Origin: Terriglobia bacterium
Lineage (GTDB): Bacteria; Acidobacteriota; Terriglobia; UBA7540
Direction of reading: 5' to 3'
NCBI GenBank assembly: GCA_049519635.1
Contig: JBEKQO010000002.1
Location: forward strand, 6,106 to 70,105
DNA: 64,000 nt
Below are positions 1-8,951 of the stretch, piece after piece. How positions within the stretch are numbered: the first letter of the stretch is position 1; the number at the start of each line of letters is the position of its first letter. The position numbers and the translations under genes were made by a program. Under the pieces are notes generated by a model that searched no databases, was not told the origin of the DNA, and saw only the letters and a program-made list of their open reading frames with translations.

Positions 1-133
1 GGAACATGACGAATCCGCGGTAGGCGTCCACCGCAATGTTTCGCGCTACTGGCGTGCGGACGGGAGCTTCTACTCGGGGGAGACTTGCCGTTTCCTGCCG
101 TGGAAGACCTGCAATTTCCTGGACTGTGCTCAT
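1..133 (-). CDS. Partial CDS (N-terminus only, continues past the left edge); possible membrane acyltransferase-like protein
   Basis: ATG at 133..131 with AGGAG 7 nt upstream (revcomp of 141-145). Translates MSTVQEIAGLPRQETASLPRVEAPVRTPVARNIAVDAYRGFVMF. The 'VDAYRGF' start recalls DUF5009/HGSNAT-type membrane proteins (weak, from memory). Confidence 0.35.
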   Translation of the reverse strand, partial: MSTVQEIAGLPRQETASLPRVEAPVRTPVARNIAVDAYRGFVMF

Positions 134-362
134 GGGCCACCTCCTGTATCGTGAACATTACCACAACCCTGGCGGCGTGGGCAAAGAGTACAGGCGAGAT
201 AATCGGGCCATCGCTGATTTGCGGTTTTCGATTTTAGATTGGCGATTTCCGCGGCAAGCGTAACGCCGACCGGTTTTGAAGGTCAGCAGTTGACCCCTTT
301 TGACAGCGCAAAACCGCGAACCCATGGAGCAGTCGCTACGCTTGCTGCGGATATTTTCCGCC

Positions 363-764
363 TTACTTCGCGCGCTTAGCCGTAAAGTCGCGATCTCCGA
401 AGCGTTCGCTGTGCACTTTGCCCTTCAAGGAATCCCCCTCAACCGTGGCGGTGTATTCCATGACCAGGGTGTCGCCATTTTGGTTCTGGCGCTTGACGGT
501 AAAACTCACCCTGTTCCCTGTAACCGTACCCTCCAGCGGCGCGTCACCGCGTCGCCCGGTAATCGTCCCCTTAATCGTGCCGCCATCCTGCGTTATCGTC
601 AGGGTCTGGGTCATGGTTCCATTGGGGCCCTCGGACGACATGTCCCACTTCCCGTCAACCTTTGCGGCCTCTACGGCCTCGTCGGCAGCCAACGCATTGC
701 CCGCCCACATCAGTAACGTGACCAATGCGAATGCTAATGCCAAAGAATACGTTATTCTTTTCAT
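363..764 (-). CDS. Small secreted protein of unknown function
   Basis: 133-aa ORF with a clear signal peptide (MKRITYSLALAFALVTLLMWAGNALA) and a beta-rich mature part. No recognisable catalytic motif. Confidence 0.6.
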   Translation of the reverse strand: MKRITYSLALAFALVTLLMWAGNALAADEAVEAAKVDGKWDMSSEGPNGTMTQTLTITQDGGTIKGTITGRRGDAPLEGTVTGNRVSFTVKRQNQNGDTLVMEYTATVEGDSLKGKVHSERFGDRDFTAKRAK

Positions 765-1229
765 CGTGTGATCTCCTCTTTTGTTAGGTTTGCTGATTTT
801 TACCCGCCGAACCCCTGGCAGCGAATCTCACGTCTCCGGGAAGGCGCCCCGCGCTCGCCCCTCCACCAAACCGGCCCGCGCCCAACCTCGAAGCCTGTCA
901 CGCTGCTGAGTTCAATAACCACGGGTAGGTTCGTGACTGGCTTCTCGTGGGTCTAGCCCAGGTCAGGATTGCAGATTCACTCGGGTTCAGCATAAGCATT
1001 GACGTTCGCGATATAAGTGCAGTTACAATTAGGATACCGTCAGCAGTCCCGGCGCGGCAGGAACTCGCTCTGCGGGAAGAGCCGCAGGGCCGGAGAGCGG
1101 GCCCTGCGCTACATCCTTTTACCCTTTGCCTTTGGGTTTTCAATTGTGGCGCTATGGTTCGTCACCTATTGACAACAAAGAGCCGAAGACCTAAAGAACA
1201 GGTCCGCGGTAGCTTCGCCTCTACCCCCG

Positions 1230-2474
1230 TCAGCGCACCAACGCGAGCCATGCCAATCCGAACAGAAGAGTCAGCAAGGTAATGGGAAAGCCGACGCGGA
1301 TGTAATCCCAGAAACCGATGTGGACGTCCGGCTTGGCCGCCTCAACCACGATGATGTTGGCCACTGAGCCCGTGATGGTCAGATTGCCCGCCAGGGTGCT
1401 GGCCATGGCGAGCGCCAGCCAGGCCGTGTGCGGGTCGGTGAAGCCCGGCACCAGCGACTTCAGCAACATCACGGCCGGGACGTTGCTCACCAGGTTGCTG
1501 AATACGGTCACCACAATGGTGAAGACGTCCAAGCGCTGAAGATTCCAGTGGCGGGCAACGATGAGCAGGCGTGCCACGATGCCGGCGTTCTCCGCCCCGC
1601 CCACGATCAGGAAGAGGCCGACGAAAAAGACCAACAACCCCCAATCGACTTCGTCATAAAGTTTGCGCGGCTCGGTGGTGCGGGTAATCAGCAGGGCCGC
1701 GGCGCCCAGCGCCGCCATCATGGCCGGTGGGACGCCCACCAGGAATCCTATAATCACCACCGTGACCACGATCATGGGCTTGGTTAAGCGCGTCAGGTCC
1801 AATGGCGGCAAGGGAATGGCTTCCGCCCGCACCGCGTCCGCGCGCCCTCTCAGGAACATCCAGTGCAATACCGCCCAATTGAGGAAAAGTCCCACCAGCG
1901 CGACGGGGCCGAGGTGGAAGAAAAAGTCCTGATACCTGATTCCGGAGTATGAGCCGATCAGCATGTTTTGCGGATTTCCCGTGATCGTCGCCACGCTGCC
2001 GACATTTGATCCGGTAGCCACCGCCAGCAGGTAGGGGAGCGGGGCAAGCTTCATACGCCGGGTGATGGCCATCACAAAGGGCACCATCACCAGACAAACG
2101 ATATCGTTTACGAAGAACGCGGAAAACACACCGCAAGCAAATACCACGGCGGGCAAGAGGTAAGCGGGATCGAGCCGCCTCAGGACCAACTCCACGTTCC
2201 ACTCGAAGAATCCCACCAGATGCAGGTTGCCGACGATCAGCATCATCGAGAAGAGCAGGACGAGCGTGGGGAAGTCAATGAAATGCAAGGCCTCGCCGGC
2301 GGGCACGATTCTGAATGCCACCATGGCGACGGCGCCAATAATCGCCGCCCCCGGACGGTCAATCTTGAGCCCCGGAAACTTTCCCAGGGCAAATACGAAG
2401 TAACTGGCAATGAAAATACTATAAGCAGCAATCAGGGTCGTGTCGGATAGGGAGGCCGCGCGGATTGGGTTCAT
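1230..2474 (-). CDS. ArsB/NhaD-superfamily (YbiR/SLC13-like) anion permease
   Basis: 414-aa polytopic membrane ORF. Two-fold repeat organisation and motifs such as 'TGNPQNMLI' and 'NLVSNVPAVML' are typical of this permease superfamily. Confidence 0.75.
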   Translation of the reverse strand: MNPIRAASLSDTTLIAAYSIFIASYFVFALGKFPGLKIDRPGAAIIGAVAMVAFRIVPAGEALHFIDFPTLVLLFSMMLIVGNLHLVGFFEWNVELVLRRLDPAYLLPAVVFACGVFSAFFVNDIVCLVMVPFVMAITRRMKLAPLPYLLAVATGSNVGSVATITGNPQNMLIGSYSGIRYQDFFFHLGPVALVGLFLNWAVLHWMFLRGRADAVRAEAIPLPPLDLTRLTKPMIVVTVVIIGFLVGVPPAMMAALGAAALLITRTTEPRKLYDEVDWGLLVFFVGLFLIVGGAENAGIVARLLIVARHWNLQRLDVFTIVVTVFSNLVSNVPAVMLLKSLVPGFTDPHTAWLALAMASTLAGNLTITGSVANIIVVEAAKPDVHIGFWDYIRVGFPITLLTLLFGLAWLALVR

Positions 2475-2605
2475 ACCGCGTCAGGATAACAGTGCCCCGC
2501 GGGGCTATCAAGAGCACGAATCGGCGAAATGACCGTGCGGGAGGGCACTAGCACGCGCCTACCGGGTTGGTGTATATTTCTCACTGACTTTCAAAGGAGT
2601 CGCGG

Positions 2606-4216
2606 TTGAAAGAGACCCTATCCCGCAACTGGCCGCTTTACGCTTCTGTCCTTGTCCTTTTGCTGTTGGTCTGGCTGGTCCTGAGTGTTTCCATTCGCCA
2701 AAATCATGGGAATCTGGTGTATGCGTTTGATGACGCTTACATCACCATGGCGATGGCCCGGAATTTCGCGCAGTACGGCGTGTGGGGGGTTACGCGCTAT
2801 GGCTTCACGTCTTGTACGTCCCCGCCGTTGTGGACGCTCCTTTTGAGTCTTACCTATTACCTGGGGGGAGCGAATCAACTTGCCCCACTCGTGTGGGATC
2901 TGGTCTTTACCGTCCTCATTTTAGCGCTCGCTGACGCCATCCTGTCCTGGTACAAGACACCGGCTGCGGTGAAGTTTGCGGCCCTCCTAAGCATTATCTT
3001 CCTCGTGCCTTTGCCCATGTTCATTCTCTCCGGCATGGAACCGCCCCTGCAAACATTTGTTTCCATGCTTGTCGTTTTTATTGCCGCGCGATGGATAAGC
3101 GGTGAATCACCCGGTACCGCCCGCGGGGATTCGGTCCGGCTACTGATTCTGGCGCCGTTGCTCACCGGGGTACGATTCGAAGGCATGTTCCTGATCATCG
3201 CCATCGCCCTATTCCTATTGATGCTCAAACGATGGTTCTATGCCTTGGTCTTCGGCGCGTTGGGATTTCTCCCCTGGTTCATCTACGGAGTCATTTCCGT
3301 CTCGAAGGGTTGGTTTTGGCTTCCCACTTCGGTCCTTCTGAAGGCTTCCCTGCCGGACTCCCATTCCCCCGCGGCGCTCATCCTCTCGCTGCTTGATCCC
3401 ATCTTTGTTAACCTTCGCGAGGGCTTGCACGTGATGGCACTCATGGTTTCGGTCCCGCTCTTCTATATCATGGCCTGCGGAAAGGGCAGCGGGGGCCGCG
3501 AAAGCCGGCAAATCATGGGCGCGATCGTCTTCCTGACGGGGATCGCACACCTGGAATTTGTGGGAGTCAGCCCCATGTACCGCTACGATGCCTATTGGTG
3601 CGTGTTGGCGATTCTCTTCCTGGCCCTGCAACTCCCATTGGTTGTGCCCCATTGGCCATCGCCGCGATCCTTGTCCACTTGGACCGCGCCCAGAAATCTT
3701 GCCTGCGGCTCCTTGGCCCTTCTGCTTTTCTTCCCGCTGGCAGTGAAGGGAGCAAGGCTCCTTTGGTTTCTTCCCCAATGCACCACGAACATCTTCGAAC
3801 AGCAATACCAAATGGGATTATTTGTCCGCCGGTACTATCAGAATTCCACCGTGGCGCTGAACGACATCGGCGCGGTCAATTATCTTGCGGACATCCATTG
3901 CCTGGATCTATGGGGACTGGCCACCTTTGAGGTCGCCGCAGCAAAACATAAGCATACCTACCAGGTTATGGACATCGAGCGCCTCGCGAAAAAAACCGGG
4001 ACCCGCATCGCAATCATTTACGACAGTTGGTTCATCGGTGGAGTGCCACCGGAATGGATTCGCGTGGGCAGATGGACGATCCAGAATAATGTCATCAATG
4101 GGGGAGATACGGTCTCGTTTTACGCCGTGGAGCCGTCTGAGGCCACCCACCTTAGTGAAAGCCTGGCGGATTTTTCCTCTCAACTGCCTGCCGATGTAAT
4201 CCAAAGGGGGCGGTAG
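2606..4216 (+). CDS. Polytopic membrane protein, GT-C-like glycosyltransferase candidate
   Basis: TTG start 7 nt after AAGGAG. About 11 TM helices followed by a roughly 130-aa soluble C-terminal domain. An early loop motif 'FDDAYITMAMARN' resembles the acidic first-loop motif of GT-C (ArnT/PMT-like) enzymes. Confidence 0.55.
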   Translation: MKETLSRNWPLYASVLVLLLLVWLVLSVSIRQNHGNLVYAFDDAYITMAMARNFAQYGVWGVTRYGFTSCTSPPLWTLLLSLTYYLGGANQLAPLVWDLVFTVLILALADAILSWYKTPAAVKFAALLSIIFLVPLPMFILSGMEPPLQTFVSMLVVFIAARWISGESPGTARGDSVRLLILAPLLTGVRFEGMFLIIAIALFLLMLKRWFYALVFGALGFLPWFIYGVISVSKGWFWLPTSVLLKASLPDSHSPAALILSLLDPIFVNLREGLHVMALMVSVPLFYIMACGKGSGGRESRQIMGAIVFLTGIAHLEFVGVSPMYRYDAYWCVLAILFLALQLPLVVPHWPSPRSLSTWTAPRNLACGSLALLLFFPLAVKGARLLWFLPQCTTNIFEQQYQMGLFVRRYYQNSTVALNDIGAVNYLADIHCLDLWGLATFEVAAAKHKHTYQVMDIERLAKKTGTRIAIIYDSWFIGGVPPEWIRVGRWTIQNNVINGGDTVSFYAVEPSEATHLSESLADFSSQLPADVIQRGR

Positions 4217-4268
4217 CCATGGCGTGACAACAAGCCCGCTAAGCATTGGCGTGTTGAATTTCTACATG

Positions 4269-4289
4269 GTTGCAGTTGCATTGTGCAAC
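4269..4289 (+). promoter_or_regulatory. Candidate enhancer (UAS) half-site cluster
   Basis: GTTGCA GTTGCA ttg TGCAAC (two direct copies plus one inverted). A further TGCAAC lies at 4365-4370. The cluster is 120-220 bp upstream of the -24/-12 element at 4486. Confidence 0.3.
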
Positions 4290-4485
4290 AGCCAGGCATC
4301 CATTAGAAAACAGAGCTCTTTAGGTAGTCGTCAATGGGTCTTATCAAAGAATGCTATTGAGAAATGCAACGAAGCCACGAGACTCTTCCTATTTGTCCGC
4401 TTTCTCGGTATTTCCATAATCTTATCTAACCATCAGAAATTACAGGCGTTATAACACCAACACGAAACCTATATTCGATTGTTAA

Positions 4486-4501
4486 TGGCCACTGGCTTGC
4501 C
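4486..4501 (+). promoter_or_regulatory. Candidate sigma-54 (-24/-12) promoter
   Basis: TGGCCACTGGCTTGCC. GG and GC have exactly the consensus spacing of TGGCACG-N4-TTGCW. It sits in an AT-rich gap upstream of the first GcvH-like gene, and a sigma-54 activator is encoded in the cluster. Confidence 0.5.
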
Positions 4502-4567
4502 TATAGCAAGGGTGAGTTTCGAGTGCTTCGCTTCGCTGCAAGGTGGCTAGGCGCCGAGGGGTGGAAA

Positions 4568-5245
4568 ATGGTAATCACACTGGTTCTAGCAACGTTCATT
4601 CTCTTAGTTGTGCACGACTATTACCTCCAGAGGCGGCACGCGCACCTCATGGAAATGAAGACTGTTGCGCCGGAAGTGCGGGAAGAAGCGCCGGCCTTTC
4701 CTATGAACGTGGTGGGAGGGTTCAAGGCGCCCGCTCACCTTGCGTACCACCCTAGTCATACTTGGGCGATGAAAGAATCGCGCCAAGTCGTGCGCGTCGG
4801 CCTGGATGATTTTGCCGCCCGGGTGATGGGCCAGATCGATCAAATCGACCTGCCGGCGCGGGGCCGTTGGCTGCGGCAGGGGGAGCGCGGATGGACGGTC
4901 GGCCGCGGCACCCATCGCTTCGAAATGCTCTCACCCATCGAGGGCGAGGTCATCGATATCAATCCTGAGGTCCTCCGTAATCCTTCTCTCGCTCATCAGG
5001 ATCCTTACGGCGCGGGCTGGCTGGTGGCCGTGCAAGCTCCGGCGGTGGACGGCAACATGAAAAACCTGTTGCACGGACGGCTGGCGCAACGCTGGATGGA
5101 AGAGTCCGTCGGCGCGCTCCACGCGCACCTTAGCCCGGGCTCGGAGGCTCGTCTGCAAGACGGTGGTCAAGCCATTGGGGATGTGCTCAGCCTGGTACCG
5201 GAATTCCAGTGGGAGAAGTTCGTCGAAGAAATGCTGCTCGGCTAA
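4568..5245 (+). CDS. Membrane-anchored GcvH-like (glycine-cleavage H fold) protein lacking the lipoyl lysine
   Basis: N-terminal TM helix (MVITLVLATFILLVV). H-protein signature 'HTWA...VRVGLDDFA...SPIEGEVIDINPEV...DPYGAGWL'. The alternative GTG start at 4523 would leave almost no leader after the -12 element. Confidence 0.7.
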   Translation: MVITLVLATFILLVVHDYYLQRRHAHLMEMKTVAPEVREEAPAFPMNVVGGFKAPAHLAYHPSHTWAMKESRQVVRVGLDDFAARVMGQIDQIDLPARGRWLRQGERGWTVGRGTHRFEMLSPIEGEVIDINPEVLRNPSLAHQDPYGAGWLVAVQAPAVDGNMKNLLHGRLAQRWMEESVGALHAHLSPGSEARLQDGGQAIGDVLSLVPEFQWEKFVEEMLLG

Positions 5246-5306
5246 GCCCCGCCGCTCCCAAGGTAGCAAGGATGGGTAATGGTCGAAATATCTGTGGAGG
5301 CTCATA

Positions 5307-5990
5307 ATGGTCGCAATCTTTGTGGCATTAATGTTCGTGTGCCTGGTCTTAACTGACTTGGGTGTGGAAAAGTGGAAGGCATGGCATGCGGCGCGGGCCA
5401 TGCAACTTGCAGCAAACGGCGCGGCGCTCGGAAGTGAGTCGCTGTGGCGATTGCCGGATGATGTTCACCTCTCCGACTCGCACACGTGGTTCAGGCCCGA
5501 CCCTACCGGGGGGCTGCAAATTGGCGCCGACCCCCTCATCACCCACGCCATCGGCGCCATTCGCCGGATTGTCCTTCCCATACCGGGTAACCAAGTGGCC
5601 GCCGGTCAGCCGCTTTTCCGCTTGGAGCAAGAGGGTCGCAGCCTCACGGTTCCATGCACCATCACCGGAAAAGTGATGGCGGTAAACATCCGCCTTCAGG
5701 ATCAACCCAGCCTGCTGAATTCAGACCCCTATGGCAACGGTTGGGTCTGCCGCATCGTCCCAACCTCCATCGGACCGGTACCGCCGAAGGTGCATTTTGG
5801 AGAGGAAGCCATCCTCTGGCTGGAAAGCGAATTCACTCGTCTTGGCGAGTTCCTAACCGCCCAAATCCCCACACAAATGCCCCTCGGCGTAACCAGTCAA
5901 GACGGAGGACTTCCCTGCCCCGGCTGCTTGGGCGAACTTGACACGGCTGCTTGGAGCGCGTTTGAGACCGAATTCCTGAATCGGGAGTAG
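5307..5990 (+). CDS. Second membrane-anchored GcvH-like protein, with a C-terminal CPGC motif
   Basis: SD GGAGG upstream and TM helix MVAIFVALMFVCLVL. Motifs 'HTWF...GADPLITHAIG...TITGKVMAVN...DPYGNGWV'. CPGC is encoded at 5916-5927. Confidence 0.7.
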   Translation: MVAIFVALMFVCLVLTDLGVEKWKAWHAARAMQLAANGAALGSESLWRLPDDVHLSDSHTWFRPDPTGGLQIGADPLITHAIGAIRRIVLPIPGNQVAAGQPLFRLEQEGRSLTVPCTITGKVMAVNIRLQDQPSLLNSDPYGNGWVCRIVPTSIGPVPPKVHFGEEAILWLESEFTRLGEFLTAQIPTQMPLGVTSQDGGLPCPGCLGELDTAAWSAFETEFLNRE

Positions 5991-6376
5991 TATCGGCCTG
6001 AACGAAAGAAGATTCACCCGGGAAATCGAAAGGGCGGTTTCACAAAATGGAGCTGCCCTTCGTCCGTCAGACCCCACTCCCAAATCGTGCCTCCGCTGCT
6101 TTTCCCCATAGGGATTCATTCGAATCTAGTGCCGCTCCAACTCATGGGCTCAAAATACCCCTCGTCAGAGCAGCCCGAAGATCGGCCCATCCTGGCCGAT
6201 AGGCGTGCCCCAGATAGTTGAAAGGGCACAGGCCCTGCTAGCTGCGCGCGCGCAAGGTTTTCCCGCCAGAAGAAAGATGGGATTGCGTAATTTCACCACA
6301 GTGACCCTCTGATGCAATCCAGATGCAAGTAACTCGGACTTAAAGGACCTTTGCGAGCCTGAACTGATGAATTTCT

Positions 6377-6392
6377 CGGCACATCGCGTGCA
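6377..6392 (+). promoter_or_regulatory. Candidate sigma-54 (-24/-12) promoter
   Basis: CGGCACATCGCGTGCA has GGCAC and TGCA with consensus spacing, about 75 nt upstream of the ATG at 6466. Two ATGCAA repeats lie at 6312-6317 and 6323-6328. Confidence 0.55.
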
Positions 6393-6465
6393 TACATATC
6401 TTGCGGGTCGGACTTTTATCACAGGAATTTTGCCCAACCTGCCACTTATTGGAGATGTTGAAAAA

Positions 6466-7287
6466 ATGAGCAAATCCATTCTCGTTGACACAACTCGTTG
6501 CATCGGTTGTGGAGCTTGCGCTACCGCCTGTAAGATCGTGAACAATCTTCCTCTCGACGAGCCCAGCGCTGCCAAGGATCTGCCGACAAAGCCATTGAGC
6601 GAAGATGACCTCGTTACCTTCGCACAAAGCCACGGCGAATTGGGCGGCAAATTGTCCGCAGACACACTGAGTGTGGTTCAGACGCACGGCAGCATCTTCG
6701 TGCGGCGATTCTGCATGCATTGCCAAGTACCCACCTGCGCGTCGGTTTGCCCCGTGGGCGCCCTGCACAAAACCGTGGCGGGGCCGGTAGTTTACGATGC
6801 CGACAAATGCATGGGCTGCCGGTATTGCATGATGGCCTGTCCGTTCGGCGTACCGCGCTATGAATGGAACGCGGTCCTGCCCAAAGTGAAGAAGTGCACC
6901 ATGTGCGCGCCCCGGCAGGCCAAAGGCCAGCAACCCGCCTGCACGGAGGTCTGCCCGGTGCAGGCCGGCATTTTCGGCGAGCGCAACGACCTGCTAAAAG
7001 AGGCCGAAAAGCGGTTGCGCGAGGAGCCCTCGAAATACTTTCAGCACATTTACGGCAAGGAAGAGGTGGGGGGAACGTCCGTGCTCTATCTCTCGGCAGT
7101 GCCCTTTGAGCAACTGGGCTTGCCTACCGACCTGCCCACCACCCCCATGCCATTGCTGACCTATCGGGTGCTTTCCAAGATCCCCACCCTTGTCCCCCTG
7201 GCAGGATTGCTCCTGGGCGGGATCTGGTGGATTACTAATCGGCGCGAAGAAGTGGCGGAGGCGGAAAGTAAAGAATCGGGTCATTGA
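6466..7287 (+). CDS. HybA/DmsB-type 4x[4Fe-4S] ferredoxin-like subunit with a C-terminal TM anchor and no signal peptide
   Basis: Four Cys clusters: CIGCGACATAC, CMHCQVPTCASVCP, CMGCRYCMMACP and CTMC...CTEVCP. C-terminal helix LVPLAGLLLGGIWWI. Start chosen at ATG 6466 (GGAGA upstream) because the 6367 start would include the -24/-12 element. Confidence 0.85.
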   Translation: MSKSILVDTTRCIGCGACATACKIVNNLPLDEPSAAKDLPTKPLSEDDLVTFAQSHGELGGKLSADTLSVVQTHGSIFVRRFCMHCQVPTCASVCPVGALHKTVAGPVVYDADKCMGCRYCMMACPFGVPRYEWNAVLPKVKKCTMCAPRQAKGQQPACTEVCPVQAGIFGERNDLLKEAEKRLREEPSKYFQHIYGKEEVGGTSVLYLSAVPFEQLGLPTDLPTTPMPLLTYRVLSKIPTLVPLAGLLLGGIWWITNRREEVAEAESKESGH

Positions 7288-7386
7288 TGCATCGGGTCTT
7301 TTGGCCGTTGATTCATCGGATCATTGGGAAGCAAACAAGAGCTCTTGGAAAGACGCTTTGCATGGCGAGGCAGCCTGAGCGGGTGA

Positions 7387-7521
7387 AAGCGCGGGCACAG
7401 TATCATTCCCGAGGTCCGGCTTCGAAATTTGCTCACCGAAGCCAATGAACTGCAGGCAATCTTTGCCGAATCCCTCTGGACACCAAGGGAAAGAAGTACA
7501 GGGCAGTCCTCAATGCCTTAA
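7387..7521 (+). pseudogene. Remnant of a four-helix-bundle (23S rRNA IVS-type) gene, C-terminal about 44 codons
   Basis: Translates ...SIIPEVRLRNLLTEANELQAIFAESLWT. This parallels the C-terminus ELIKPALLSALIKEANELVAIVLTSRKT of the intact gene at 10671. It is bounded upstream by a stop and has no start codon. Confidence 0.4.
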
Positions 7522-7545
7522 TGACCCGATAGATGGAGTAAATCA

Positions 7546-8706
7546 ATGAATTTCTCTAAACTTCCCAAGCTCACTTTCTGGCGCGTGGTGCTGGTGCTGG
7601 TGCTGGCGGCGGGTTTTTATTCCACGCTGCTGCGGTTCACGAAAGGATTAGGGGCGGCCACCAACCTCTCGGACCAATTCCCCTGGGGGATTTGGATTGG
7701 GTTTGACGTGCTCTGCGGCGTGGGCTTGGCGGCCGGCGGTTTCACCTTGGCGGCGATTGTCTACGTCTTCCACATTGAGCGGTTCCATCCCGTGCTTCGA
7801 CCCTCGATCCTCACCGCCTTCCTGGGCTACGCGCTGGTGGCCGTGGCGCTGCTCTTCGACCTCGGCAAACCTTACAACATTTGGCACCCGCTGGTGATGT
7901 GGAACCCGCACTCCGTAATGTTTGAGGTTGCCTGGTGCGTGACGCTTTACCTCACGGTGCTGGCGCTGGAGTTCTCCCCTGCGGTCCTGGAACGCTTCCA
8001 CCTGGACAAACCCTTGCGCATCGTTAAAGCCCTGACGATCCCGTTGGTGATTGCGGGCGTATTGCTCTCCACTCTGCACCAATCGTCGCTGGGCAGTCTA
8101 TACCTGATTGTTCCGGAAAAGCTGCATCCCTATTGGTATTCGCCGCTGCTGCCCGTGTTCTTCTTCATTTCCGCCGTGGGCGTGGGATTGGCGATGGTGA
8201 TTTTTGAATCCAATCTGAGTTCGCGCGCCTTTGGCCGGGAGATTGAGATGCCCTTGCTGGAAGTGTTGGGCCGGGCGTTGGCCGTGGTGCTGGCAATCTA
8301 CGGCCTGCTGAAGCTTGAGGATCTCTGGAGCCGTGGCGCGCTTGTTCATCTGCGCGAGCCTTCCACGGAGACAGTCCTGTTCCTTTTGGAGATTACGCTG
8401 GGCCTGCTCCTTCCTTTGCCGATGCTGTTTTTCCGCAAGATCCGGGAGGATCGCGAAGGCCTTTTCGCTGTCGCCGTGCTGGTGATCACGGGCTTCCTCC
8501 TGAACCGCTTGAACGTCTCGATTACCGGCATGGAGGCCTCGTCCGGGGTGCATTACTTTCCCCGCTGGACGGAGGTGGCCGTCACGCTATCGATCGTGGG
8601 CGTGGGATTCCTTCTCTTCAGTTTGGCGGTACGCTACCTAAACGTGATGGAGCCCGCCGGAGCCACGCACGCGGCGGGAGAAAACGAAACTCGTGTAGCG
8701 GCGTAG
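7546..8706 (+). CDS. HybB/NrfD-family integral membrane quinone-interacting subunit
   Basis: 386 aa, about 10 TM helices. The N-terminal signature 'GLGAATNLSDQFPWGIWIGFDVLCGVGLAAGGF' closely parallels E. coli HybB 'GLGSVSDLNGGFPWGVWIAFDLLIGTGFACGGW'. Confidence 0.85.
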   Translation: MNFSKLPKLTFWRVVLVLVLAAGFYSTLLRFTKGLGAATNLSDQFPWGIWIGFDVLCGVGLAAGGFTLAAIVYVFHIERFHPVLRPSILTAFLGYALVAVALLFDLGKPYNIWHPLVMWNPHSVMFEVAWCVTLYLTVLALEFSPAVLERFHLDKPLRIVKALTIPLVIAGVLLSTLHQSSLGSLYLIVPEKLHPYWYSPLLPVFFFISAVGVGLAMVIFESNLSSRAFGREIEMPLLEVLGRALAVVLAIYGLLKLEDLWSRGALVHLREPSTETVLFLLEITLGLLLPLPMLFFRKIREDREGLFAVAVLVITGFLLNRLNVSITGMEASSGVHYFPRWTEVAVTLSIVGVGFLLFSLAVRYLNVMEPAGATHAAGENETRVAA

Positions 8707-8718
8707 GGGCCCTCGCCA

Positions 8719-8935
8719 AGCGCCCTACTTCTCACGACGCGGGGCCGCTTCGGAAGGCGGCGGGAAGGGTGGGGGTATTGCTCCATGGGAATCGCGCCTC
8801 CCGCCCTCTGTTCGCCTCGCGCCCCGCGCAGCACCCATTTGCGTGGGACGCCAAGCGCGGGAATAATTAGGAAGGCTTGGTAACCGCGAGGATAAAGCGC
8901 CACCCTTCCCAACCCTTGGTGAGAAGCCCGCGCTA
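8719..8935. repeat. Degenerate copy of the family-A composite palindromic element
   Basis: Left arm ...CTACTTCTCACGACGCGGGGCC... and right arm ...CACCCTTCCCAACCCTTGGTGAGAAGCCCGCGCTA. Both resemble the arms at 19411-19624. Confidence 0.5.
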
Positions 8936-8951
8936 TGGTTAAGGACCCTGA

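Noticed and set aside
6367-6465. N-terminal extensions offered by the ORF track (6367 for the Fe-S protein, 18622 for the J-protein, 23866 for TPR, 33482 for GH2, 44208 for IscU-like, 22085 for the deacetylase)
   Set aside because: In each case an internal ATG has a good SD, a signal peptide, or a family-typical N-terminus. The extension covers promoter or repeat DNA.
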